This document shows positions 13,270-26,597 of a stretch of 64,000 bases of DNA, piece by piece. Under the pieces are notes generated by a model. The model saw nothing but the letters and a program-made list of their open reading frames with translations. It was not told the origin of the DNA and did no database searches. A program made the position numbers and the translations under genes. Each line of letters starts with the position of its first letter. Within the stretch, counting starts at the first letter, position 1. The stretch comes from Octopus sinensis (lineage: Eukaryota): the NCBI RefSeq assembly GCF_006345805.1, contig NC_043018.1, positions 5,084,001-5,148,000 on the forward strand, given 5' to 3'.

Positions 13270-13660
13270 GGTGCAGAAGTGACTGTGTGGTGAGACGTTT
13301 ACTTCCTAACCACATGGTTCCGGGTTCAGTCCCACTTTGTGGCACCTTGGGCAAGTGTCTTCTACCATAGTCTCGGGCCGGCCAATGCCTTGTGAGTGGA
13401 TTTGGTAGACGGAAACTGAAAGAAGCCCGTTGTATCTATATATACATGTGTGTGTTGTGTGTGTTTGCATGTCTGTGTTTGTCTCTCCAGCATCGCTTGA
13501 CAACCGATGTTGGTGTGTTTACGTCCCCGTAACTTAGCGATTCGGTAAAAAAAAAGACCGATAGAATATTTAGTAGGTTTACAAAGAATAAGTCCTGGGG
13601 TCCATTTGTACGACTAAAGCCACTGCTTCAGCATGGCCGCTGTCAAATGACTGAAACAAA
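13270..13660 (+). mobile_element. SINE family A, full length
   Basis: Head GTGACTGTGTGG...GGTTCAGTCCC, GCACCTTGGGCAAGTGTC, GTAGACGGAAACTG, internal (TG)n, 3' GCATGGCCGC...GACTGAAAC. Confidence 0.85.
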
Positions 13661-13689
13661 ATGATGATGATGATGATGATGATGGTGTT

Positions 13690-13893
13690 GATTGGCTTCA
13701 AATTTTGGCACAAGGCCAGCAATTTTGGGTGTGTGGCTATGTTGATTACCTCGACCCCAGTTCTCAACTGGTACTTATTTTATCGACCCCAAAAGGATGA
13801 AAGGCAAAGCTGATCCCGACGGAATTTGAACCCAGAACGCAAAGACAGAAAAATGCCGCTAAGCATTTAGTCCAGTGTGCTACCGATTCTGCC
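13690..13893 (-). mobile_element. SINE family B
   Basis: Reverse-complement match (GGAATTTGAAC, GGTACTTATTTTATCGACCCC). Confidence 0.75.
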
Positions 13894-14684
13894 AGTTCAC
13901 TGCCTTATAGTGATGATGATGATGGTTGCGATCATGACATTGATGGCGAAGACGACAGCGACGAGGATTGATCAGGATGGTGATGGTGATGATGTCGACG
14001 AAGATGATTATGATTAAGAGCGGCGGTGGTGGTGGTGGTCGTGGTGGAGAGTCGGCGCTTTCGCTGCTGTTGATAATGATGATAACTGGAACGACGAAAG
14101 ACATTGGTAGTTTTTACTGTTGAGGCTGCGCGCGCGCGAGTGCTGTGTGTGTAGAGAGAGAAAGAGAGAGAGAGGGAGAGTGTGTGAGTGTGTTTGCGCG
14201 CGTGCGTGTGCGTTTTGTATTCGGAGTCAAGTATCCGTTACACGTGACCCGCTGATTCGCAAAACAAAAATGAAACCGAAATTGTCAATAAGAAATGTTG
14301 ACAAAAACAACAATAACAACTAAAAAAGACAGTGAAGAAAGAAGGAAAGAAAGCGAGGAAGAAAGGAAGGATGAAAGACTGAAGGACAGACAGACAGATA
14401 TAAATGAATGAATGAATAAATAACTGGAGAAGACATTCAGGAATAAAGACAACTGACTTTCATATTCAAGAAACAAAAGAGCAAAAAAAAAAAGACAAAA
14501 CAAAGAAAGAAAGAAAAAAACCAACAAAATCAAGAAAAAATGAAAGTCGAAAAATTATAACCTCATTTGAATTAGAAACCGCCTCCTCTTGGTTGGCGTA
14601 CGACACTGATCGTGTTAAGGACGACATGTGTAGTGGCTTTTTTTTACTGAAGTTGAAGGAAAGAGTGCGGTTTGAGCAGCGGCA

Positions 14685-14725
<41 letters not shown>

Positions 14726-15113
14726 AGAGAGAGAGAGAGGGGGGTGAGATAAGGTGAAAGAGAAAGATTGTGACTGCAAAAAGGAAAGAAGTTGGGGGAG
14801 AAGAATATGAAGAAAGGAAAACAGATATATACATATTATGGTGTGTATATATATATATATATATATATATGGAAAGAGAGAGAGACAAGGAGAGAGAAAG
14901 AGATGTATGTATATATATTAATATATACACATAGAGCGGATAGGAAAGAGAGAAAGGTGAAAGGAGAGGAAATAAGAAAATAGGCACGTGACCACCGCTA
15001 CGCCGCCCGCGTGGACTCGTAGAAAGTGAAAGTAGAAGCGTCGTTGGTCATTATAGAGTCCATGGATGCACTCTTTATTTAAGTTGTATATTCCGGTTAC
15101 GGCACACGCGCAC

Positions 15114-15148
<35 letters not shown>

Positions 15149-15153
<5 letters not shown>

Positions 15154-15259
15154 GTATACATGCACGAAACACGCATGCGCATCTACTCAGACACGGCACG
15201 TGTATGCAATAGAAATATTAAAAAACAAATGTGCCGAACGGGAAGTTCGTCTAATAAGA

Positions 15260-15312
<53 letters not shown>

Positions 15313-15504
15313 TAATAATAGAACAAACAAAAAAAATGAAAGAGGAGAAAAACCTAGCCCCCCCCTCTTCCGGAAGCCCCCCCCCTCCACCTCCTTCCTC
15401 AATAAATACAAGTTTTGTGAATAGACTTTGTGAACCGTGTGAGAAAGTGACAGGACTTCTATTAATGATAATTGAATGTGTGTATTATTTAGCTATAAAT
15501 GCGG

Positions 15505-15535
<31 letters not shown>

Positions 15536-16042
15536 TATATAGCTCTCGCACGCGTAAGTGTGTGTATATGTGTTATGTATATATATGTGTGTATATAATA
15601 TGTGTGTGTGTTGGTGTGTGTGTGGCTAGATAGATACATAGAATGATACGCATGTATTTGTGTATAACAATACATGTCTAATTATGTTTTGTGTCTATGT
15701 ATATAGTGTGCGCTGTGTGGTATTGATTGTATTCCTTTGTGCAGTATATGCATGCGGTGTGCATGTATGTACACAAATATATACAAATGTGTGTGTGTGT
15801 GTGTGTGTGTGAGACATGCGGGGTTTCTTTGGATTCAATACGGGTAAAGAATGTGTAAAATGTTTGCCGTTTATGTCATTTGAAAGATGTTTGGGGTATC
15901 TGCCTGTCTACCTCTCTGTCTATGTGTCTCCGATTCAGTCCCACTGCGCGGCACCTTCTCAATGACTTCAGAAGACGGAAACTGTGTGGAAATCTGTCTT
16001 GTAATCTTATAACACACACACACACACACACCACATATATAC

Positions 16043-16079
<37 letters not shown>

Positions 16080-16201
16080 GTATACATGCACGAAACACGC
16101 ATGCGCATCTACTCAGACACGGCACGTGTATGCAATAGAAATATTAAAAAACAAATGTGCCGAACGGGAAGTTCGTCTAATAAGAAATAATAATAATAAT
16201 A

Positions 16202-16237
<36 letters not shown>

Positions 16238-16432
16238 TAATAATAGAACAAAAAACAAAAAAATGAAAGAGGAGAAAAACCTAGCCCCCCCCTCTTCCGG
16301 AAGCCCCCCCCCCTCCACCTCCTTCCTCAATAAATACAAGTTTTGTGAATAGACTTTGTGAACCGTGTGAGAAAGTGACAGGACTTCTATTAATGATAAT
16401 TGAATGTGTGTATTATTTAGCTATAAATGCGG

Positions 16433-16472
<40 letters not shown>

Positions 16473-16522
16473 GCTCTTCGCACGCGTAAGTGTGTGTATA
16501 TGTGTATGTATATATATGTGTG

Positions 16523-16556
<34 letters not shown>

Positions 16557-16980
16557 GCTAGATAGATACATAGAATGATACGCATGTATTTGTGTATAAC
16601 AATACATGTCTAATTATGTTTTGTGTCTATGTATATAGTGTGCGCTGTGTGGTATTGATTGTATTCCTTTGTGCAGTATATGCATGCGGTGTGCATGTAT
16701 GTACACAAATATATACAAATGTGTGTGTGTGTGTGTGTGAGACATGCGGGGTTTCTTTGGATTCAATACGGGTAAAGAATGTGTAAAATGTTTGCCGTTT
16801 ATGTCATTTGAAAGATGTTTGGGGTATCTGCCTGTCTACCTCTCTGTCTATGTGTCTCCGATTCATCCCACTGCGCGCACCTTCTCAATGACTTCAGAAG
16901 ACGGAAACTGTGTGGAAATCTGTCTTGTAATCTTATAACACACACCACACACACACACACATATATACACACACACACAC

Positions 16981-16983
<3 letters not shown>
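15149..16983. repeat. tandem duplication, period 926 bp (two copies)
   Basis: CTCACGTATACATGCACGAAAC at 15149 and 16075; both copies end ATCTTATAACAC followed by (CA)n. Confidence 0.95.
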
Positions 16984-17024
<41 letters not shown>

Positions 17025-17164
17025 ATATTTTGTTGTTGTCAAAAAAATTTTTTTATGTTTTCTGTGAACATTTATCGGCCCTCATGCCGAACCGCTAAGT
17101 TACAGGGCGTAAACACCGGTTGTCAAGCGGTGGGAGAGTGACAAACACAAAGAAACACACACAT

Positions 17165-17445
17165 AGATGGAAACTGAAAGAATCCCGTCGTATCTATATT
17201 TACATATGTGTGTGTGTGTGTGCGTGTGTGTGCGTGTGTTTGCGTGTCTGTATTTGTCCCCCCAACATCGCTTGACAACCGATGCTGGTGTGTTTACGTC
17301 CCCGTAACTTAGCGGTTCGGCAAAACAGGTCGATAGAATAAGTACTAGGCTTACAAAGAATAAGTCCTGGGGGCGAATTGCTCGACTAAAGGCGGAGCTC
17401 CAGCATGGCCGCAGTCAAATGACTGAAACAAGTAAAAGAGTAACA
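17165..17445 (+). mobile_element. SINE family A, 3' half
   Basis: Close match to family consensus through GGCGGAGCTCCAGCATGGCCGCAGTCAAATGACTGAAACAAG. Confidence 0.8.
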
Positions 17446-17657
17446 ATTAAGTGTCGGCATAAGAAACAGCCTACATACAAAATAAATAAATATGAACAAA
17501 AATTAATAAAGGTAATATATACAGTTCAGAAATTCGAACTCAGAAACCGTGCTTCACCAACTTGATTTCATAAACTGGGATTCGAAACTCTGGATTCACA
17601 AATTTTGGTCTCACCCAAATTGGCCTCACAGGAAACCTGGCCTCATAAATTTGATTT

Positions 17658-18459
17658 GGATCATTTCACTTTGACCGGCAGATTTTTAAAATAATTTCTT
17701 TGTAACTAAACACTTTTAAACTTCGTATACTGGTAGAATGTGTTTATAAAACATCTTTTTATTTTGGCTTTCTTGAGAAAATTCTGTAGTTTGTAAGCTA
17801 TTTGTTGTTTAATTTCTTGCATTTCGGCAATTTCAACCAATCAATGACGTCTATTGAGGTGAATTCAATTTCTGCCGTAGTGTGTCAACAACAATTATTT
17901 GCAGTGTCATAAGAAAATGTCCCTATTATTTATGACATATTTCATATCAGTTACGTTCGTATGAATAAAAGATTATCGTTATTAAACTTTTATTAATAAA
18001 CACATATTCTAGGTTCACAACACATGCAGTTTTAATTTCCCTCTCTGTTGCACAGATATACACATTACATATTATATATTCGTTTAAGAAACAGATTGGG
18101 TTTATTTACATTTCTGAAGAAAAGAAGATACCCTTCCCCCACCCCTAACCCTAACCTTAACCCTAACCCTAACCCTAACCCAACCCTAACCCTAACTCTA
18201 ACTCTAACCCTAACCCTAATACTAAACCGAACTCTAACCCTAACCCTAACCCTAAAACAGATTGAAATGCAATAGATCGATACTAGGGTCCCAATTATGG
18301 GTGGACACTAAAGAGGGAACGGTTTTGTTATCCAGCTCTGTTTACGGGTGACCCCTCAGTTTATGGCCACAGAGAAAAAGATGTTTTATAAACACATTCT
18401 ACCAGCATACGAAGTTTAAAAGTGTTTAGTTACAAAGAAATTATTTAAAAAACCTGCCG
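17658..18459. mobile_element. GGATC-terminal non-autonomous DNA element with telomere-like repeats (rearranged copy)
   Basis: Homologous to 32206-33328; contains degenerate (CCCTAA)n at 18143-18255; right end is an inverted copy of its first ~85 bp. Confidence 0.75.
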
Positions 18460-19034
18460 AAAATATGGATTTCGAAAATTTGGATTTCATAAAATATGGC
18501 TTCACAAATTCGGTATTCAAAACCTGGATTCCGAACCTTGGACCTAAACATAAATAAATCTAATGTCGAAGCAACCATTTAAACTAAAAGTTTATGACAC
18601 AAAACGGCTGCCAGACTACATCAATAATTATAGTTAAAAAAATTAAATAGTCAAACCCCCAAAATCTAGGTTGCTTTAAATTCATAGAAAACTGCTTCAT
18701 ACGATCATGCTGAGTAACCATTAGACAAAATTTACAATTAGTTGTCTAATACAAAAAATGGGCGAAATGAAACTTTCATTCATGCACACTCCAGGTATTT
18801 ATACAAATTTTAACATTTATCCTAACAGAAAAGCAAAATTATTACACAACCTGCCACAAGTCCAATTATGTCTGTTTATAAAGGTTTGCCAAGGTCTTGC
18901 CAATTTGTTATAGTTTCACAGTTTGGCTAATTACACCTAGCTTTCTCTATTTTGACAATGGACTTCATCCTGACTTTACAGTGCAGTATAAAAATGTCTG
19001 TGTACACCTGTTTAACTTAACATTACGATAAAAT

Positions 19035-20760
19035 GTTGTTTTTTTCTCAGTGTTTTTTTTAGCTCGTGCAGTGAAGACTGTGAAAACGGCGTTACGCGTT
19101 CGGTTCTGTTGGGAATTCTGAAAAGTCGGTTTTATTTATAAGTTTTATTAGTTTTTATTGATTTTCACTGTTGAATTTAGTCTGTCTGTTTGAGACAGGC
19201 GAAGGAAAATGAGTTTTCCCTCGTTAAGAGGAGGAATGGAGGTGACAAAAGGAAGAATGTTCAGTGAGTCGGACTTATCATCTTCCGAAGAAGTGTTCGT
19301 GGAAGCAAGTAAGAAAGATGGAAATGGTCTTATAAGGAAGAACGTATGCAGGAGCAACAAAACCAGTGAAAAAGGAAATAAATTTGGCAAAGTTACCGGA
19401 ATGCCAAGATATGATTAAAAGGGAAAACGGAGAGGCGGAATTATTGCTGTCGAACAGGAAAAAGAACAGAATGGAAAGAAAGAAAATAACGTACTGAGTA
19501 TTTGCTAACGAAAAGAAAAAAGTGGATATAATAAGCATGGAAACGGTAGAGGAAGCCCTAAAAAACAACAGAGTAAGAGATAATCTTCCTCGCAAGAGGA
19601 AACAAGTATGCCACAGTGGTGGTACAGTACAAAAACGAGGAAACAGCAAGAAGAATGGCTGCAAAGACAATAAAAACTGATAACCTTATCAGTTTTTATT
19701 GTCTTTGCAGCCAACACTTCTACCCACTTATCTGGGGAGAAGAACCACAAGGATTAGGGTGGACAGAATACCACCAGATATCGACGCGGAATTGGTTGTA
19801 GCAGCGGTTATCGTTGGAAATGAGGAGAAAGTTGATATAGTCCAAGCGACTATAACAGAGGAAGGAGGATGAAGAGGTGGGACGCTGGAAATGAGCGTCC
19901 AAGCGGAAATGGAAATTTTACAAAGTTTATCAGAAACCATTACGATGAACGACTTAACAATGAGAGTATGGGTGGAGGGCAGAGCCCCTCGATATTATAA
20001 ATGCGGCCTGAAAGACCACATAAGAGCAAACTGCACTACAGCAGTGAAGGAAATAATCAAAGAAACAACGGAAGAAACAGAAACACCCCAGGAAATAGAA
20101 AAAAAGACAGGAAGAAGAGAGAACAGAAAAAAGACAGGAAGATGGAAAAGAATGGGAAACCCCAGGAAAAAGAAAACAGCGAAAAAGAAAAAAGGCAAGT
20201 GACTGTGAACCGCAACCCACCCCAGCACCACCCTCACCCATTGTGGCCCACCCTGTCCCCGCAGACACCAAACCCACCCACTCCCTACCAACAAGAAAAC
20301 AGAAAACATGCAAACAAATGATTACACAAAACTCCCACCCTGAAGAATATTGTATAGGTATAATAGACAGTGAATATTTATATGAAAGGTTAAAGATCTG
20401 GGGAAAGGTAGAAATTCCAGGTAGATGGGATGAAGAGATGGAAGTCGCATTGTCGGAAGAGCAAGTGAAAGAACTTAAGAATAAACTTGGTGATGCAGAT
20501 TAGGGGAAGACTGACACAGGAAAATAGAGATGAACTCTGGAAAATACGGGTTAAATTTTGGGGATTTTGTGGATTTTTCGGTGAAATAGGAAAAGTACAA
20601 GTAAGTGATGTTGACTGATGGGGCAGTTAACATCACTTTCACCTCTCATCTATCACCCTTTTTTCCATCCTATCATTTGACTATTTCTTTGATGTTTTGT
20701 GTCTCCAATGTGTTGTAATGCCCCCCCCCCGTATAAAACCGTATGGTGAATAAAGAAATA
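19035..20760 (+). mobile_element. ORF1-only L1/Tx1-like retroelement (frameshifted), 16-bp TSD
   Basis: Broken ORF ...TTRIRVDRIPPDIDAELVVAAV...MRVWVEGRAPRYYKCGLKDHIRANC (CCHC knuckle with first C>Y, 19993-20034); AATAAA near the 3' end; flanked by AACATTAC(G/T)ATAAAAT at 19019-19034 and 20761-20776. Confidence 0.75.
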
Positions 20761-20791
20761 AACATTACTATAAAATACTTTTTATCACTTT

Positions 20792-21190
20792 GGTGGCGAG
20801 CTGGCAGAAACGTTAGCACGCCGGGCGAAATGTGTAGCCGTATTTCGTCTGCCGTTATGTTCTGAGTTCAAATTCCGCCGTGGTCGACTTTGCCTTTCAT
20901 CCTTTCGGGGTCGATAAATTAAGTACCATTTACGCACTGGGGTCGATATAATCGACTTAATCCGTTTGTCTGTTCTTGTTTGTCCCTTCTGTGTTTAGCC
21001 CCTTGTAGGTAGTAAAGAATTAGGTATTTTGTCTGTCTTTACGCTCTGAGTTCAAATTCCGCCGACGTCGACTTTGCCTTTCATCCTTTCGGGGTCGATA
21101 AATCAAGTACCAGTTGCGTACTGGGGTCGATCTAATCAACTGGCTCCCCTCCCCCCAAATTTCAGGCCTTTTGCCTAGAGTAGAAGAGGA
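20792..21190 (+). mobile_element. SINE family B with two body units
   Basis: One head GGCGAGCTGGCAGAAACGTTAGC, then GAGTTCAAATTCCGCC...GTCGACTTTGCC twice (~20865 and ~21048). Confidence 0.85.
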
Positions 21191-21220
21191 TAAAACGTTT
21201 TTATCGTTTTTAAGTTCCTC

Positions 21221-21283
<63 letters not shown>

Positions 21284-21930
21284 TGTGTGTGTTGGCACAA
21301 AAGCAGACAGATCATAGCAGACATATGGTTGGAACTCCCATATCCTGTGATTTCATTCTACTGGAAATCGTCAGCGGGAAGCGTCTGGTCACTGCATCGC
21401 CAGATCAGCATCATTTCGGACACCGATGTCAAATAATCAGCAGGATTATTAAAAATTAATTATTAGCGACGGAAGCGATATTACCAAAAGACAACCATTA
21501 GATCCAACTTTAGATGAATGGCTTATTAGAACGTTGATGTGTGTGTGTGTGTGTGTGTGTTGTGTTTTGTACATTTTGACATGTATGTGTATACGGCGTG
21601 TGTATATGATCAGATATTTTATTTTTTATCTTTTACTTGTTTCGGTCATTAGAATGCGGCCATGCTGGGACACCCTCTTGAATTTTTAGTAGAATAGAGC
21701 GCCCCTCCCCACCCGCGTACTTATATTCTGTTAAGCCTGGTCCGTATTCTATTGATGTCTTTTCGCCAATCCGCTAAGTTACGCGAACACATATTTGGCT
21801 GTAGATGTTTTCTCTCTGATCGCGCTGACCTGAAATCGAAAGAATCGCATGGTTATCTGGGACTACATTATCAGGTGTGTCTGTCGTTTTTTTTTTCTAT
21901 AACTGTTGTTGCGTAAAAGTTGAGGAAAAT

Positions 21931-22182
21931 TTTGGCTGATATTTCTAGTGATACGGGTGTCCATATAGACTCTTTGTCGTACTCTCGGACGCAGGGTTGT
22001 ACTCAGTAGATGTAGCAGAATTTACACGATCCTTCATCTAGATACGATATGGTTCAAGTGTCTTCGTGATCAGCACCAGCTTGGATTTAAAGAACAACAA
22101 CAACAACATCAAATCTCTGCCTCCACCGAACCAAGAAGACATCGTAGAGTAGTATTTCGTCATGCTAGAAATAGCAACGAAA
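21931..22182. mobile_element. MITE-like element with TTTGGCTG(A/C)TATTTCTAG ends
   Basis: Left TTTGGCTGATATTTCTAG, right CTAGAAATAGCAACGAAA; the same motif forms the arms of the 60017-60134 hairpin. Confidence 0.4.
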
Positions 22183-22347
22183 TTCCCATCAAGGGATACC
22201 TTACCGTCTTAAATGAAGGATACTCCCTTTCTCCCCAGATTAGATTTTTGCCCGTCATGAGCCCAAGGCAATAACTGACTGAGACTACAACACTCCTCCG
22301 CCTATTTTATTCAACTGGACCTACATAACCCTCCAATGTGCGCGCGC

Positions 22348-22381
<34 letters not shown>

Positions 22382-24163
22382 TAGTATTAGTGTGTTAGAT
22401 GTGTTAGTTTAACGCTGGAGGACGTCACCAACAGTAAACAACATGAAATACGAAAATAGATGAGCTAAATACGCAAACAACGAAAGAAAAATGGAAAACA
22501 GGACAAGTAACACAAAGAACGACCCTTCATTTGTTGTCGGCTGTCTATCTACTCTTCATTTCGAGCATTCAACGATAATGGAAATGGATGCGTGGCGTTC
22601 AATTAAATAATAATATAAATTATATAGATATAATAATTCTGGTGTATTTTTATAATTAAATATTATTCAGAATTCCGTAAGTTTTAAGAAATATTTTGTG
22701 TGTTGCAGAAGTTTAACCAAGAACATAAAGTTTAACTAAATCGTTTGTGGACCCTCAACGGTTCATACAGACCCCGATTGAAAACCACTGATGTTGTTGT
22801 TGTTGTTGCTTGTTGTAATTCTTAACAACACAGCTATTTCTTCTCTCAAGATATTGGTTTCGGTGGGGTTTGTCCCAGTTTAGGGCTGGTTATTTTTTGT
22901 TATTTCCTCTCCCACCTCTCCACATATGACCACTGCCATACATCACACTGAAGTGATTACGTGACCCTCATTTCGCCCACCCGCTAACCTCCATCCATCC
23001 CACTAGCCACCCATCCAGCCAGTCAGTCCGCTAGAACATCGGCCAACCAGCCATGCAAAGCTGCCAGTCGAAATGGCATCCAGTTCCTCCACACCCTCCT
23101 ACACAAAGACAAGTACACACAGTGCGCAGAATCACATTCACTGCATAACATACACACACACATGCGCGCGCATAGACACACACACGCGCGTAGTCACGCA
23201 CGCGCTCCCATATATAGAATTGCAGCACGCAGTTGCCCATAACATCCTGCCTGTCTTCCATGCCATCTGGTCAGTCACATGACCGATCCGCCAGCTAGCC
23301 AACCAACCAACCTACCAGCCAGCCAGCCGGTGGGCTACCCAAACTTCCAGCCAGAAACGCAACTGGACCGTCATTTTTTAAAGCAGCGCGAGTACTTGAT
23401 GGCCCAAACCGCCTTCAAATATCGCCATGTTGTCTTTAAGATGAGGATGAATTACTGGATGAATTCGGATGCAAAGAAAGCAGAGTCTCTGAGAACTATT
23501 GGTTTGTGTAAGCGCAAATCCTTTAATTAAGTCTGCAAATGGGGATAATTAAGTATGTTGCTGGGGAGACAAGAAACCCGATGAAGGGCTGTTGGATTCG
23601 AAACAGAACTCTCATTTGCCAAAAGAAACACGAGATTATCAAAGTTTGTCAACTTTTCACGGGTATTTATTAATTCCCCGTTGTCTGTCTGTATGTCTTG
23701 GACCTGAATTCTCTGTTTTCGCTATTTGTTTCACTTACCCTTCCTCTCCTCCTTTCTTCCTCCTTTCATCTTTCTTTTTGCCTTTCCTTTTCCTGTCATT
23801 CTCTTTTCTTTCTTTTTTTCTCGTTCATCCAGTCTACCTGTTTTTCTTTCTTTCTCTCATTTTGTTCCATTTTTTTTGGTTTATTATTCCCTCTGTTATA
23901 TCTTTTGTTTTCTTTCATTCACGCTTTCTTTTTCAGCTTTTCCCCCTTTCTTTCCAGTTCACTCTTTCTTTTTTTTTCTTTTCGTTTCTTCTCCCATCCG
24001 AACCACCAGCCATTCATTGCTCCACACGTGACTGGCATTCTACAACAGTCGTTCTCTAAAACGAGAAATGGCAATTTTATTGCCGAAGACCTTTATGCAT
24101 GCCTCGTGTATGTCCGCCTTTGTATACAGGACAGAAAGAAAGAATAGAATAGAATAGAATAGA

Positions 24164-24200
<37 letters not shown>

Positions 24201-24227
24201 CAGAGAAGAGATATCGGGAGTGTGAAA

Positions 24228-24259
<32 letters not shown>

Positions 24260-24417
24260 GAGGGAGAGAGAGAGAATTGAAACAGAATGAAAGGAAGGAC
24301 GAGAAGATTGAGAGGGAAGAGTGGGTGGGTAGGATAAGAATCGACTTAGTTGGAGAAGGAATGTGTATGGGTGTGAGGGTTGTAATTGTAGCCGTCGACG
24401 TTATGGCGTTGATGGCG

Positions 24418-24450
<33 letters not shown>

Positions 24451-24574
24451 AGGGAGGGAGGGGAATAGCATGAGGGTCAAGTAGGTGTGATGGTCCATGT
24501 GTTCCCTTTTTATTCTACTGTCTTCTGATCTCTTATGATCGACAATACTCCTCCCAACTCCCTCTGTGTGGTGA

Positions 24575-24612
<38 letters not shown>

Positions 24613-24944
24613 ACATATTGCTTTGAATAATCAAGAGAGGTGGGTGTAAATGGAAGCGGAGTAGGAGGATTTAAGTTCGAGAATAGAACCTAATGTTGGA
24701 TATGGAAGTTTATTGATAACCACGTGACCTCTATAATGGAGTCCAACTTTGATTACTAGAAAGAAAAAGGGAACATATTCCCCCACACCCCCGACCCCGC
24801 CGTCCTGCTGATTCCAACCTGCCATAAAACATTTGCTTACGATAAGCTGAAGTGGAAGGTTCTCCGCCAGGCACAGGCAACCTTTTACGAGAAGCGGGCC
24901 GCATGAGACATGGCTCAACATCAGCCGAGCCGAACTACTAAAAG

Positions 24945-25165
24945 TAATGGTTTCAAATTTTAGCGCAAGGCCAGTAAGCTCGGGAAGGGGAAGGAATTGA
25001 GTACATCGACCCCAGTGCGTAACTGGTACTTATTTTAACGTCCTTGAAAGGATGACCGGCAAAGTCGACATCGGCGGAATTTGAATTCAAAGCGTAAAGA
25101 CGGACGAAATGCTGCTAAGCATTTTGTCCGGCGCAAGTAACGATTCTTCCGGCTCGCCGCCTTCG
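24945..25165 (-). mobile_element. SINE family B
   Basis: Reverse-complement match. Confidence 0.75.
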
Positions 25166-25274
25166 CACTACCAGAAATATTCAAAGTATTTCTTGAATGG
25201 GCGTGCCAGTCAGAAAGTCCTGCGCGATGCAGTTGGCCCATGGCTGTTCAATGCAATTGGTCGACCCGCGGGAT

Positions 25275-25640
25275 CAGTGGTTCTTAACCATTTTTTGCCT
25301 ATGGACTCCTTTGTTTACCATTTTATTCCGGTGGACCCCCATAATCATTCGGTGTTTTGAAACTAGTTTTATAGATATTGCATTCAAAATTCTTATTTTG
25401 TTCTTCACACATTTACTTGGGTACGATTGCGAAAGAACAATCTAAGAGATTGTGTTTCAAGGACCAGAAAATATGTTAGAGAAAGAAACCCAGCTGTTTT
25501 TTGGCAATAAGTAAAATTTTTCGATGGACCTTTAAAATATTGATATAGATCGCCAATTTCCTGTTTTGCTCGCGTAGACCCTCAAAAACCTTAGATTGAC
25601 TTCTAAGGGTCATATGAACCTTGGTTGATAACTATTATGC
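25275..25640. mobile_element. hAT-like MITE (same family as 288-617)
   Basis: Starts CAGTGGTTCTTAACC; shares CTATGGAC...GGTGGACCCCCATA with the first copy; right end degenerate. Confidence 0.45.
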
Positions 25641-26597
25641 TAGATATAGCAGCTAACTTAATTTCCTTCATTGGCGTCAAGTCCAACAGCTTTCTACACA
25701 TATGCGTACACGCGCGCACACACACATACACACACAAATACTCATTTTTTTCCCTTGGGCCTTCAACTTTCTTGGTGCTCTCCACCGGGGCCCATATACG
25801 ATTTTGTTATTAAAATTTATGAGTGATAAACTTGTTAGACTTCATTAATACACAAAATATTTTGTTAATTGTTTTTTTATATAATTCCTAATAAAATTCA
25901 ATTATGAAAATATACGATTTTTGAAACGTTGAATGGCTCTGAGGGTCCGTCTGATTAAAATAGGACTCAAAAGAATTCACTGAAATGACTGAGAATCACT
26001 GTTCTGTAGCGTCAGGGGAGAATCAACATCAATATTGGATTGGTGCTTTAACAATTATCGAACCCCAAATAATGAAATAAACAAAACTAACTTCGACGGG
26101 AATTGAACTCGGGAGGCTTTATCTGACACTCAACCAAGTCTGCCAACTCAGTACTTGTTGCAATGACACTGAATCAAACTCTGACCCCCACCCCCGCACC
26201 CTTCACATGTACTGACACATACACTCGCACCCACATACGCATACACATTCACTCGCGCAAACTGAAACACACTATTGGACGTACACACACACACACACAT
26301 ACACATACACGCATTTTTGGACTTCAAGCTCTTTCCCGAACCATACGCTCACAAGGCTGGTTCCTTGGATTTCGTGGCGTCTAAATTCCCCCAGTTGGGT
26401 GGCACACTTGGTCCGTCTGCTTATGATTTTTTACTTTGTCGGCTGAGTGGACTGGAGCGGCGCGAAATGAAGTGTTTTGCTCAAGAACACAAAGCGCACA
26501 CCCCGTACAGGAATCGAAACCGTAATCTTATGATTATGACACCCTAACTATCGATCCACGCGCCTCCACATTCAGACTGGCATCACCCATTAATTAT

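Noticed and set aside
13270-13345. tRNA gene in SINE heads
   Set aside because: A/B-box-like motifs are present but there is no complete cloverleaf, and each continues into a SINE body.
18143-18255. True telomere or chromosome fusion site
   Set aside because: Short, degenerate, and inside a repeated TIR element also seen at 33190.
23370-23545. Minus-strand exon after TCCCCATTTGCAG (LIKGFALTQ...VLALL*)
   Set aside because: One open frame of about 50 codons with no recognisable homology or partner exon.
23575-23625. Hammerhead-like CCGATGA...GAAAC (similar weak cases at 9483, 11790, 47178, 52650)
   Set aside because: Missing the palindromic helix III, the GAAA core or stem I pairing.
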